DNA from: Ralstonia phage RsoM2USA
Strand: one strand, 5' to 3'
Length of the DNA stretch: 24,000 nt
Sequence record: MG752970.1
The position numbers were made by a program, and so were the translations under genes. The first letter of the stretch is position 1. Each line of letters opens with the position of its first letter. Positions 9,284-18,276 of this stretch are shown piece after piece. Under the pieces are notes generated by a model. The model saw only the letters and a list, made by a program, of their open reading frames with translations, made no database searches and had not been told where the DNA came from.

Positions 9284-10150
9284 TTAGATTTCTGCGTAAC
9301 GATCCAAACCTGCTTCTATTAGATCAGATTGACATTCGAAAATGTCTTTATTTCCACGTAGATGAGTGTTCAATATCTGAAATGCACGCTTCATGTCACT
9401 CGGCAACAAGCTAGGATTAATTAGAACTACCTCTTGCATATCTTGAACTTCCAGAAGTCCTAGAATGTTGCTTTCGATGACCATATTGTCAATGAAGATT
9501 TTTTTACAGCTTTTTAAGGTTTTGCTAATTCCTTCAAATGATCTTAGATTTGTGAGTTTTGCTAATCGTATTTCTTCAGAATTAGTAATACCACTTAGGT
9601 CAGAAATATGATTACAGCGTGAAACTACTAAATCAAGAAGATTTGCTGGAGCTCCTTTTAGATTATCTAGCTCATGGCAATCAGTTACGAATAGAACGTC
9701 TGCTTCTTGAATTTGTACATCAATTTCTGGGATGCGTAGATCTACTAAACTTATTTCATTTGCACGAAGAGGCATTCCTCGTAGACTGCGAAGATTTGGT
9801 GCATCACTTATTCGGAATTCTCCGCCAATTTTATCTGGTAATCCTTCAAGAGATGTCAGAGCGAGTGGATCATCCGGTGACTCAAGCTTTAAATCTTGTT
9901 TCATATTCGCTATGTCAAATGGGAATCTCTTTACCCATCTAGCAAGCCTACTAAGAGCATCACTCAGATATTTGCCACTTAGACTGTCAAAGAATGTGAC
10001 ATATCCATTATTAACGTCAAATTGGTCTTCAAACTTAATATTCAATTGACTATTGATCATGAATCGAATTTCTTCATCTGTCCACTTGTCTTTATTCGCT
10101 ATTTGTGCAATGTTGAATGATGGACGCTCGGATATTTCGTGTAGTTTCAT
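9284..10150 (-). CDS. Leucine-rich-like repeat protein with shared C-terminal tail
   Basis: 288 aa with LTSLEGLP.., LRSLRGMP, LDNLKGAP, ISDLSGI repeats; C-term DIFECQSDLIEAGLDRYAEI. Confidence 0.7.
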   Translation of the reverse strand: MKLHEISERPSFNIAQIANKDKWTDEEIRFMINSQLNIKFEDQFDVNNGYVTFFDSLSGKYLSDALSRLARWVKRFPFDIANMKQDLKLESPDDPLALTSLEGLPDKIGGEFRISDAPNLRSLRGMPLRANEISLVDLRIPEIDVQIQEADVLFVTDCHELDNLKGAPANLLDLVVSRCNHISDLSGITNSEEIRLAKLTNLRSFEGISKTLKSCKKIFIDNMVIESNILGLLEVQDMQEVVLINPSLLPSDMKRAFQILNTHLRGNKDIFECQSDLIEAGLDRYAEI

Positions 10151-10912
10151 TTACATTTCCGCAAGTTTTTCGTAGCCCATGTCAATAAGTTCTTCTTGAC
10201 ATTTGAATACATTACGATCTGGTTGTATTAGGTGATTATTTATGACGGTGACCCAATCATGACCCACTAACGATTTAACTCTGACGAGATTTTCTAATTC
10301 CAATAGACCAAGTACAGAATCGGTAACTTCACAATTTTCTAAAACCAGTGTCTCTAAAGAAGGACACATCTTTTCAATGTCCTTCAGAGATATTTTCACA
10401 TTTTGTCCGAATATGTGAAGAATTTTGGTATCGCAAATGCCATGCAGAGAATGAACCTGGTTGATATTGGATAGCATTATCTTTTGAAGAGGCTTATCCT
10501 TATTCCTTGGAAATCCATCCAAAGATTGCAATTCAGGATGATTGTACAAGTATACGCCAATTCCAACTGTCTCGGGACCGCCGACCAGAGTTGTAAGCTG
10601 GCTGCTTGATATTTGTAAAGACCAAGGCAAATCCTTTGGTAGTTCGGAAATTGATTCCAGATTCGTTGTACCAATCAATTTCAAATCTCCACCAACAGAG
10701 CGCATCTTGAATGGAAGATGTGTGAGTGATGTGCAGTAGCGGTGACTACCGTATTCTGTTGAAAATCCGGTTTTAAAATCTACAGTTAAATCTTCATTCA
10801 CTGTGAAATCGCCCGACTCATATCCCCACGTATTAAGTAGATATGTAGAAATGTCTTCAGCAGTTGTGAGATAGTCCTTCGACTCGCTCAAGAATTGTTT
10901 AAATGTTTTCAT
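10151..10912 (-). CDS. Leucine-rich-like repeat protein; N-term MKTFKQFLSE, shared C-terminal tail
   Basis: 253 aa, repeats such as LESISELPKDLP, LTTLVGGP, LQSLDGFP; C-term NVFKCQEELIDMGYEKLAEM; immediately abuts/overlaps its neighbours. Confidence 0.75.
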   Translation of the reverse strand: MKTFKQFLSESKDYLTTAEDISTYLLNTWGYESGDFTVNEDLTVDFKTGFSTEYGSHRYCTSLTHLPFKMRSVGGDLKLIGTTNLESISELPKDLPWSLQISSSQLTTLVGGPETVGIGVYLYNHPELQSLDGFPRNKDKPLQKIMLSNINQVHSLHGICDTKILHIFGQNVKISLKDIEKMCPSLETLVLENCEVTDSVLGLLELENLVRVKSLVGHDWVTVINNHLIQPDRNVFKCQEELIDMGYEKLAEM

Positions 10913-11775
10913 AGTTGTGCGATACTCTCATATCCAGCATCAATAAGCTCAGACTGGAGATCAAACATATCGCGGTTGTCTTTACGTAAATGCGCATTTA
11001 CAATTGAAAGCCAGTCTTTGCTGTTATCACCGTCCACCATTGACACCATTCTTAAGCTATCAATTTCTGCCAAACTTAAAATATTGGTGATTCCATCTAG
11101 ATTGTAGAATTGGATATATTGTACAGCTGGAGCACTTATTGAAATTCCAGACAATGATAAATTTCCATCCAATTTAAGAATGTTGGCATTGAAGATGCTA
11201 TCTTCACCGAATTTAAAATTGTTGCAATTGTCAATGCTCAATATTTTGCTAGCACCGGATAAATTGACGTTTATCTTTTTAAGATTTGCGCAATTGAAAA
11301 AATTTAAAGTTGATGGTGCTAAATCGTGGCGTTCTCCGCCATGAACGGATTCTAGATTATCACATTCATTAATTTGTATGGAGGGGGATTCAATCTGATC
11401 CAAATCCAATTGATTTACGCCAACTGCATTCAGTGTCAAATTTATATGCGTTCTGGGCAGACCGTTTGACTCACTGACCTCATTCAAATCCACGCATCCA
11501 GTTATGATCAATCTGTCTAAATCCGATGGAAGACCGAACAAACTGGTTATTTTAGAATACTTGATAGTGATGTTATCGGCTTTACTAATTCTTATAGGCA
11601 AGTGATCTTCTTCAACATTCGTGAACGTGGCTGCATATAGCTGCACTTGCTTGGTAGTTGCATCTGGTTTGAATTGACTTGTTCGATGCTTCTGTAAAAA
11701 CAGCATGATGGACTTCATATCGGTGAAGAAACCGTTTGAATCCATAGCACTCTCTAGAAATGTTTTGAAGCTCAT
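10909..11775 (-). CDS. Leucine-rich-like repeat protein; start reassigned to MSFKTFLESAM
   Basis: C-term DMFDLQSELIDAGYESIAQL; ATG at 11775 is preceded by CATAAATA 24 nt upstream; ATGA overlap with the next gene. Confidence 0.7.
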   Translation of the reverse strand: MSFKTFLESAMDSNGFFTDMKSIMLFLQKHRTSQFKPDATTKQVQLYAATFTNVEEDHLPIRISKADNITIKYSKITSLFGLPSDLDRLIITGCVDLNEVSESNGLPRTHINLTLNAVGVNQLDLDQIESPSIQINECDNLESVHGGERHDLAPSTLNFFNCANLKKINVNLSGASKILSIDNCNNFKFGEDSIFNANILKLDGNLSLSGISISAPAVQYIQFYNLDGITNILSLAEIDSLRMVSMVDGDNSKDWLSIVNAHLRKDNRDMFDLQSELIDAGYESIAQL

Positions 11776-11798
11776 GATAAGTAAAAGGTTGATAGGAA

Positions 11799-11806
11799 TA
11801 TTTATG
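11799..11806 (-). promoter_or_regulatory. T4 late-promoter-like element CATAAATA
   Basis: Plus strand tatttatg, 24 nt upstream of the inferred start at 11775, the same spacing as the 2548/2524 pair. Confidence 0.35.
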
Positions 11807-11840
11807 GGATGAGTTCCAAATATTCCTATCAACCTATAAG

Positions 11841-12353
11841 TTACTTAAGTTTTAGAATCTTACAACCAAGTTTGTCCAATCGCTTCCACTTGATTTTAAA
11901 CGAATCTGATTCAATACCACCGAACATTTGAGCATTACTGTGAATCTCCGCTAGACCGGTAATAAGAAGAGAAATAGCTTCCGGTCTTTTAGCAAATTCC
12001 TCAGCCCCATCCGATCGAAGAAGATGAATATCCATGTCTGATCTAATAAGATTAGCAATAGTCTCATTATTGGAATATTCCAACCACCGCTTGTATGAAA
12101 CTTCAGCATGATTTGGAAAATGTTGTTTCCCATGTTCATCAATAGTCACACACAGAGGTTTTCCACAATCATGATATATGTGATATTGACTCATTATATC
12201 AAGATCATACACACCTTTTAGGATGATATCCTTGTAATCGGTCAACCATTTTGGCAACCGCCACTCATATTTGAGTGGACTGCCGTGGCGAAGATGTTCT
12301 ATAAGATCCAGATAATAATCATGCACACTCTTTCCATGTTCAAGAATATTCAT
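11841..12353 (-). CDS. HD-domain-like phosphohydrolase protein
   Basis: Spaced residues typical of HD proteins: EHGKSVH..., IYHDCGKPLC (HD), HFPNHAEVS, RSDMDIHLL. Start MNILEHG preferred over the longer ORF. Confidence 0.5.
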   Translation of the reverse strand: MNILEHGKSVHDYYLDLIEHLRHGSPLKYEWRLPKWLTDYKDIILKGVYDLDIMSQYHIYHDCGKPLCVTIDEHGKQHFPNHAEVSYKRWLEYSNNETIANLIRSDMDIHLLRSDGAEEFAKRPEAISLLITGLAEIHSNAQMFGGIESDSFKIKWKRLDKLGCKILKLK

Positions 12354-12407
12354 GGTCTTGAACTGGTAGCACGTGAGCATCGGTGCTTCAAGTTCTTCTT
12401 TAGAGAT

Positions 12408-12968
12408 CTACGATTTCATTTCTTGTTCCTCTTTCTGTTTCTTCTTGAGAGCTTGATATTCACCCAATAGCCTAGATCCTTCATGCTTTGACCAGTTGGC
12501 GGTGTATGGGATTTTATACAGATGTTCGGCGTGACAGGTCTCACATGAGCATGCAACTGCAGTGCAATCACCGCAATGATATCCATTCAGAATTGATTCT
12601 CTGAAGTATTGAATGTGGTTATTTGGATCATAACATTCCCATGGCTCCTGGTCATCCTTTTGCGCATTCATATATTCTTCCAAATTTTTAGCATTTCCCA
12701 TAGCATATTCTTTGATCTTTTCAAGATCCCAACTTGAGAAGTACTGATTCTTTTTCAGATTTTCAGGATCATCAATTCTCTTCAAATATTCAATGATAAG
12801 AAACAGATGATCTTCAATCACATATTCAAACACGTATCTAGCATGAGCTAACTTATGCTGATCTTCTGTGATGTTAGGATTCTTTGGACAAATTTTTGCT
12901 TCTAGTTCTTCAAGACGCTTCAGTTCTTCTTCTGTCATTTTGGTAATTTTCCTTTTGAAAGGCCACAT
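12408..12968 (-). CDS. Hypothetical protein with Cys-rich C-terminal motif
   Basis: 186 aa; HCGDCTAVACSCETCHAEH could be a metal-binding knuckle. Confidence 0.6.
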   Translation of the reverse strand: MWPFKRKITKMTEEELKRLEELEAKICPKNPNITEDQHKLAHARYVFEYVIEDHLFLIIEYLKRIDDPENLKKNQYFSSWDLEKIKEYAMGNAKNLEEYMNAQKDDQEPWECYDPNNHIQYFRESILNGYHCGDCTAVACSCETCHAEHLYKIPYTANWSKHEGSRLLGEYQALKKKQKEEQEMKS

Positions 12969-12970
12969 GA

Positions 12971-13339
12971 TTAGGCTGCCATTTTAAGATCGGGTTGTTG
13001 CCACAAACGATACTTGCGAAAGAAATGTCGCTTATCTTCAGTGATAGGTAGAGTGGCAAAGGCGGTGTATCCGGGTGGATAACCTAGATGCGAATCAGGT
13101 TCGTAGAAAATCTCGCATGGAATTCCCTGAGCTTGTAGTTGCTCATAGGCCTTCTTAAGCTGATACTCGTTCTTGATTGCAATGAGAATAATAGAAGAAG
13201 TCTGCGTGTATTGGTTGGATTGCCCAGCCTTGAGACCAGCTTCTAGAGTCGCGTGTGCAGCTTGAACAATTTGCTGCGCGATGGGGATGTCTGTTCGAAT
13301 GAAACAGTAAGAATATGTTTTATCAGAAATCTACAACAT
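12971..13339 (-). CDS. PTH2-like peptidyl-tRNA hydrolase; in-frame amber at codon 3 or non-ATG start
   Basis: Not in the supplied ORF track. Translated by hand: [M L *] ISDKTYSYCFIRTDIPIAQQIVQAAHATLEAGLKAGQSNQYTQTSSIILIAIKNEYQLKKAYEQLQAQGIPCEIFYEPDSHLGYPPGYTAFATLPITEDKRHFFRKYRLWQQPDLKMAA*. RTD...AQQIVQAAHA and the late YPPGYTAFATLPI resemble the PTH2 fold signature. Confidence 0.65.
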
Positions 13340-13376
13340 TTTAAAACTCCTTTGTAAGTTATACTGCTATTTAATT

Positions 13377-13400
13377 GGAGACCCAACTCAACGGGTCTCC
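13377..13400. repeat. 8-bp perfect hairpin GGAGACCC-aactcaac-GGGTCTCC
   Basis: Direct reading, intergenic. Confidence 0.6.
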
Positions 13401-13421
13401 ATGGTGAGATAGTTATTCTCT

Positions 13422-13628
13422 TTGATATCCAGATTCAGTCAACCGAGTAATAGCTTCACTCAGATGATTTACTCCATTCATTTTAACTACACCATTTCCA
13501 TGTGCACCCATAAGCATGTAGGTAACACGATATTGATGCTGATCTCCTGGAGTGTGGTGAATCTCGGCAAAATGACGAGAATCCTTGGTGTTGCGGAAGC
13601 GAGCGAAAAATTCAGGTTCCCAATGCAT
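13422..13628 (-). CDS. Small hypothetical protein
   Basis: ORF MHWEPEFFARF..., tightly packed with its neighbours. Confidence 0.5.
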
Positions 13629-14031
13629 TTTGCACCTTTTCCATTAGATTGAATACCGCGTATCGAAGCGTTCGTTGCTTGTTACCGTTATGACTATCAT
13701 ATCTCTCCAGGTGACTAAGGAGAACATCATTGCGCGATACGCAGATATGTGATCCCTTAACATGTTGAACTTGGATTTCAAGTTCAGTAATTAGATCATA
13801 CGTATCGCGGTCATAAGCAATAGGATTGAATGGTCTATTTTCCGTCTTGATGTAAAGCCGATCTGGATGATGAATGGTCACAATCAATGCTCGCTGATCG
13901 CGACATTCATTCCAAAACCACTCATGTCCTAATTGCGTAGCACAGAATTCAAGAACACGTGCTTGCTTTTCAGTAAAGACGTGCTCTCCGGGATTACTTC
14001 TGGATGGTTTAAGTTCAGTATTCGAATTCAT
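13612..14031 (-). CDS. Hypothetical protein (start at MNSNTELK preferred)
   Basis: Compact gene spacing; overlaps the end of the kinase gene. Confidence 0.5.
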   Translation of the reverse strand: MNSNTELKPSRSNPGEHVFTEKQARVLEFCATQLGHEWFWNECRDQRALIVTIHHPDRLYIKTENRPFNPIAYDRDTYDLITELEIQVQHVKGSHICVSRNDVLLSHLERYDSHNGNKQRTLRYAVFNLMEKVQNALGT

Positions 14032-14398
14032 CACGCATGCGTTGAACGACTTCTGGTGGTACGCTGTGAATGTTTCCAAAGTCATTTTGAACAACAACCA
14101 CGTATGGTGTTGCTCCGACCTCTTCAGCCATTTTCTTGTACCTCTTCAGGTCACGTTGCTTCACGAAGGTGTTTGACACGATGCAGTCAGATCCGGATTC
14201 CAGAGCTTTTTGCGTCTTTTCAAAACACCATTTATGGGCAAGGTGAAGCTTATCTGCAGACCAATTGTAGTTCCCATCTTTATCGATGAAAAACATATCT
14301 GCTTCATAGTGTGGACAACCAAGGCTTTGGGAAATCAACTTAGCAAGAGTAGACTTTCCAGAACCAGGGACGCCACGCAAAATGTACAAAGTTGTCAT
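14015..14398 (-). CDS. P-loop kinase / AAA_33-type ATPase
   Basis: MTTLYILRGVPGSGKSTLAKLISQSLG (Walker A) at the N-terminus; SD AGGAG upstream of the ATG at 14398. Confidence 0.75.
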   Translation of the reverse strand: MTTLYILRGVPGSGKSTLAKLISQSLGCPHYEADMFFIDKDGNYNWSADKLHLAHKWCFEKTQKALESGSDCIVSNTFVKQRDLKRYKKMAEEVGATPYVVVVQNDFGNIHSVPPEVVQRMRDEFEY

Positions 14399-14405
14399 GC
14401 ATCTC

Positions 14406-14615
14406 CTAATAGTCTTTGAATAATTTTGGATCTCCATCATCCTTGAAAGGACTTAATGGATGTCCATTTGGGTATCCATCTACTTCTAACCAATGAGAAA
14501 AAATTCCACATCCATCCCAACTATACGATTCCTCATATTTTTGGAATACGTCTGGTTTATCTGAATTGTGATCTTTCAGGTGATTGATCAATTCACTGGC
14601 TGGAATTTTCTTCAT
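14406..14615 (-). CDS. Small hypothetical protein (MKKIPASELINHLKDHNSDK...)
   Basis: Start chosen at 14615, giving an ATGA overlap with the upstream gene stop. Confidence 0.5.
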   Translation of the reverse strand: MKKIPASELINHLKDHNSDKPDVFQKYEESYSWDGCGIFSHWLEVDGYPNGHPLSPFKDDGDPKLFKDY

Positions 14616-14965
14616 GCTTGAACTCGCGATGCAGAACGTTTCGGTGTTTCTTGTTTCATTGGTTTGTCGGTTTGCTGGACAAATCGCTGTACGTATACTG
14701 AGCACTCATTTTCGATGGCGGTTTTTCCCATCAAAACTATTCCTGCTGCCAGATCTGCCTTGGATGGAAATTCTAGCAGAATGTGTCCCACCTTGTTAAA
14801 TTTCAAAATGAGACCATACGATTTTCCATCCGCTGTAATTGCCTCAATTCCCGTGATGGCATTTAGATTGAATGAAAACTCTTCAGAGTTTAGCTGGACG
14901 TTGCAGTCTCCAGCGAAAGCATCAACAGAGAAGGCAACGAGAATTGCCACCAGTACACGTTTCAT
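14612..14965 (-). CDS. Putative exported hypothetical protein
   Basis: Signal peptide-like MKRVLVAILVAFSVDAFAG. Confidence 0.6.
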   Translation of the reverse strand: MKRVLVAILVAFSVDAFAGDCNVQLNSEEFSFNLNAITGIEAITADGKSYGLILKFNKVGHILLEFPSKADLAAGIVLMGKTAIENECSVYVQRFVQQTDKPMKQETPKRSASRVQA

Positions 14966-14995
14966 ATGTCTCTCCTTTGAGACAAAACGAGTTAA

Positions 14996-15265
14996 TTACT
15001 TCGACTTCTTGGATGTTGCAAGAGACAGACCGAATAGAAAACAGAAATATCCTAGGGCTACACCAACTGGACCGGCTAGGATAATCTTACCAATACCATA
15101 ACCTAAAGTACTGATCGATGCCGCCTTGTTATTCACCATTGCAATCACGGTGGTAATAACGTCGACCCAACCTCCGATAAACATTAGCCAAGTTCCAACA
15201 TATAGGCCAATAAACAGAGATAGAGCCATGAGGATAATGCCTACGGCTTGCAAAAATTTTGTCAT
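14996..15265 (-). CDS. Small integral membrane protein
   Basis: 89 aa with about three hydrophobic segments. Confidence 0.6.
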   Translation of the reverse strand: MTKFLQAVGIILMALSLFIGLYVGTWLMFIGGWVDVITTVIAMVNNKAASISTLGYGIGKIILAGPVGVALGYFCFLFGLSLATSKKSK

Positions 15266-15275
15266 AAAATTCCTA

Positions 15276-15707
15276 TTATGAAATTAGCTCTTTAACTAGA
15301 GCAGTAGCCTTCGCTGCATCGTAACCTTGAGGTCCATATTTAGCCTTAAGCTGCTTCTGGACCTCACCGATGGCTTTTGGTGACTTGCCGACCGATTCGA
15401 TGATAGCAACTACATCTGCACGCAGTTGATCATCACTGAGCACCTCTGGGAGGTAGCTTGTATATGCCATAAGTTCGGCAGTGAGCTCGTCATTGCTCGT
15501 GTACTTGAGCATGTCTTCAACTCCTTCCTTGAACTTCTTGATGACGCTGAGAGCTTCGTCTTCTGTCGTTTCTCTGCGTCCTTCTTTGGCATCCATTCCT
15601 ACCTTCTCGATGGCGGTTAGAAGAGTGCTAAGGTAGCCAGACGCATGAGCATTACGAGCTTTCCGTGCTGCCATCCAATCTTGCTTAATTTTTGCAACAA
15701 CTGACAT
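15276..15707 (-). CDS. GatB/YqeY-like domain protein
   Basis: N-term KIKQDWMAARKARNAHASGYLSTLLTAIEK; YTSYLPEVLSDDQLRADVVAIIESVGKSPKAIGEVQKQLKAKYGPQGYDAAKATALVKELIS matches the typical YqeY pattern. Confidence 0.75.
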   Translation of the reverse strand: MSVVAKIKQDWMAARKARNAHASGYLSTLLTAIEKVGMDAKEGRRETTEDEALSVIKKFKEGVEDMLKYTSNDELTAELMAYTSYLPEVLSDDQLRADVVAIIESVGKSPKAIGEVQKQLKAKYGPQGYDAAKATALVKELIS

Positions 15708-15716
15708 TTTGAACCT

Positions 15717-15863
15717 TTATGGAAATATGCGTTTAATAACTTCGTATGAGGCCCAACGATTGGCCATTACCGTGGAAAAGATTACGAAAATCATTGCCAC
15801 GGCAAACCAAAACATTGTGTCCAGTTCGTATACAAGTCGTTTGAGCCTGTTTATAAGTTTCAT
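15717..15863 (-). CDS. Small membrane peptide (48 aa), below the ORF-track length cutoff
   Basis: MKLINRLKRLVYELDTMFWFAVAMIFVIFSTVMANRWASYEVIKRIFP*. Confidence 0.5.
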   Translation of the reverse strand: MKLINRLKRLVYELDTMFWFAVAMIFVIFSTVMANRWASYEVIKRIFP

Positions 15864-15978
15864 TTTTATTCTCACTTCATATATGTATTTTACAACCCAT
15901 CGTAACTAAGTTAAAGCGAAATTTAGACAAAAAGAGGGCCGCTTTCGGCGGCCCAAGTACGGAGAAATCAGTGTGGTT

Positions 15979-16683
15979 CTAGCGCTTCTTAGTAGGAGAT
16001 TTTCGGAAGCTGTGCTTGTCGAATCCGTGCTTTGCCACCTTATCCTTGTCGGTAACTTCGATCATTGGAGGACCATCCTTAGGAAGAACACCGCCAATCC
16101 ACATGTCAATTTCTTGGAAAGCGGTATAGGAATCCATGACCTTGTAAAACTGAACTTCCTTCAAACTTCCGTTTGTGGTGACCTTTTGATTATCGCCATA
16201 GCAATCGATGCGGTAATTGGTGGCGATAATGATTCGATCATTTATGAGTTGATCGCGATGTTTGGTGGTTCCTTGATCGGCGAACCAGTTTTTGTAATGC
16301 ATCTCGTGCTGCGGAGCCCGCCAACGAACGATAGAATCATTTTCAAAGGATTTTCCGAGCTTGGTGAGATGCTCCTTAAACGAATCGAAATCGTAGAAAA
16401 TCTGAAATTTGTAGTGGCCGACCGCCAGCGCATTCCACACTCGTCCACAGAACACAACGGTGACCTTATGAATCAGAACCGTGTCGGGATCGTAGTATGG
16501 ACCAAAGTTGAAAGTTTGATAATGATCACCACTATCAATATGCATGTACGCAGGGTAGGTTTTAACGTAACCCTGAACAACAGGAATGATATCCTGTTCT
16601 TCTCGATAGAAGACTACGCTACGATCTTGACCAAATGCCATCCCCGAATCGTAGTAGTCCTGAAATTTGCTGATGATTCTCAT
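15979..16683 (-). CDS. Hypothetical protein
   Basis: 234-aa ORF overlapping the upstream gene by 4 nt. Confidence 0.7.
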   Translation of the reverse strand: MRIISKFQDYYDSGMAFGQDRSVVFYREEQDIIPVVQGYVKTYPAYMHIDSGDHYQTFNFGPYYDPDTVLIHKVTVVFCGRVWNALAVGHYKFQIFYDFDSFKEHLTKLGKSFENDSIVRWRAPQHEMHYKNWFADQGTTKHRDQLINDRIIIATNYRIDCYGDNQKVTTNGSLKEVQFYKVMDSYTAFQEIDMWIGGVLPKDGPPMIEVTDKDKVAKHGFDKHSFRKSPTKKR

Positions 16684-17852
16684 TCGTTGATCCTCGCTCT
16701 GGTGATCACCGTTTCCTTAACATCTCTGAACTCCCCATGACCTTTCACGGTGAAGACGATGTTGTAGGTCTTTCCTTCTTCAAGTTTACGGTGAGTAAAC
16801 CATTTATAAACGTTTCCTTCGGCATCTTCAAAGTGATGGATGTATCCGGTGGTTCCGTCTACACACCAGACATTCGATTTGACGACTCGATCAAAAGATC
16901 GAACCAAAATCAAATCCTTTGACATCCGTGCACCGATGACACCGACGTGCCTAGAATTCTTAACAATCTTGGGTTTCTTGGCTGTCACTTCCTTATGGAA
17001 AATTGGTAGTGCAGCCAGCACAAAACCAATCGCATGATAGCTACAGAAGATGCTGTTCACTGCCGAAATGATATTCTGCATGAACTCAGATTGGTCATCA
17101 TAGGGCTTCGCCTGGATGAACTGAATCACATCTCGGGCTTTAGCAGCATTCTTTTCGAGAATGTCTGCCATGTTTTCAGCCCATTTGTCAATGCAGATGA
17201 AGTCCCTGACTCGATCGATTGTCGACCACCCACATTCCTGCGCCGCTTGTCGAGAGATGTAACGTCCATCGATCTCGATCGCATGAATACCCAATGCCAA
17301 GAGATGCTCGACATTGTAGTATTGATAGATAGGAGCGGTCCTTTCAGGATCGTGTGGCGTGGTATTGTGATACAGCGATCGGACATCCATCAGGAACTGA
17401 GCGATGCGCTCAGCATCAGGATGTCCCATGAAATCTTTGAGACACGCCCTTCCAACTTGCTTGTACTCACCCGTTTGTGTGTTGCGAACCACATACGTAA
17501 AGGTGCGCTTGCGAGCCATATTGCAGTGTTCGCACCTGGTGGAATCGCACTCACGATATTGCTCAGGGATGATCTTTCCGGGAACGTTATAGAAAACGTT
17601 CGTGATTCCGGTCCCGTCGAGCTTGCCAATGAATTCCCATCCACCAAGTTTGGGCGACAGCTTCGTCACCTCCAGCTCAGTGTAGCCGATCATGTGATCA
17701 GCAAAAGCCCAGTGCTTATCTACAAAAGTCCGAACTTCTTTGGCAGTAATTTCGCCAAGCCCAAACTTCTGGGACTTCTTGTTCAGCTTCTCAACCGACT
17801 TCTTGAATGTGTCGAGATAGTGGGTTGGAACGGTAACAAGAATATTTTCCAT
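16680..17852 (-). CDS. Hypothetical protein with CxxC-type element (start MENILVTVPTHY preferred)
   Basis: Long ORF; CDSTRCEHCNMARKRTFTYVVRNTQTGEYKQVGRACLKDF resembles a small zinc-binding module. Confidence 0.7.
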   Translation of the reverse strand: MENILVTVPTHYLDTFKKSVEKLNKKSQKFGLGEITAKEVRTFVDKHWAFADHMIGYTELEVTKLSPKLGGWEFIGKLDGTGITNVFYNVPGKIIPEQYRECDSTRCEHCNMARKRTFTYVVRNTQTGEYKQVGRACLKDFMGHPDAERIAQFLMDVRSLYHNTTPHDPERTAPIYQYYNVEHLLALGIHAIEIDGRYISRQAAQECGWSTIDRVRDFICIDKWAENMADILEKNAAKARDVIQFIQAKPYDDQSEFMQNIISAVNSIFCSYHAIGFVLAALPIFHKEVTAKKPKIVKNSRHVGVIGARMSKDLILVRSFDRVVKSNVWCVDGTTGYIHHFEDAEGNVYKWFTHRKLEEGKTYNIVFTVKGHGEFRDVKETVITRARINE

Positions 17853-17874
17853 GATAACCCCTGGGCTGTTGGAA

Positions 17875-18276
17875 TTACTTACCGAGACCAACCTTAACGT
17901 CGGCGGGGTTCAGACGGTAGTACTTGCCATCTGCCTTGTTCATGGCTGTTGCGTATTGCGAGCTGGACATACCCGAGAAGACATAGGTCCGGCTCCCAAT
18001 CTTGAATTCCTTACCAATGTCCGTAGCCGTAAGACCGAATTTCCAGCCATGGCGCTGAAGATGAGCGAGCTGCTTGGGGTCGGTGCGAACACCCGCTTCA
18101 CTGGCTGCTTTGGCACTCGTAGAGCTGGCTTCCATCATCGTGATGTTGACCTTAGTGCTACCATCAGAGCCCCAGTTCCCACCAACTCGGCTAGGAACAA
18201 GTCCGTGCTTCTTTTCAATTTCACGGAGAGCAGTGCGGATATCGCTCAGGATTGCATCGGCTTTGGCTTGATTCAT
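17875..18276 (-). CDS. Hypothetical protein
   Basis: 133-aa ORF in the same strand series. Confidence 0.6.
   Translation of the reverse strand: MNQAKADAILSDIRTALREIEKKHGLVPSRVGGNWGSDGSTKVNITMMEASSTSAKAASEAGVRTDPKQLAHLQRHGWKFGLTATDIGKEFKIGSRTYVFSGMSSSQYATAMNKADGKYYRLNPADVKVGLGK

Noticed and set aside
17034-17897. 287-aa plus-strand ORF (and 255-aa ORF 15973..16740)
   Set aside because: Antisense to long, better supported minus-strand genes with overlapping operon structure; composition looks like reverse-strand shadow.
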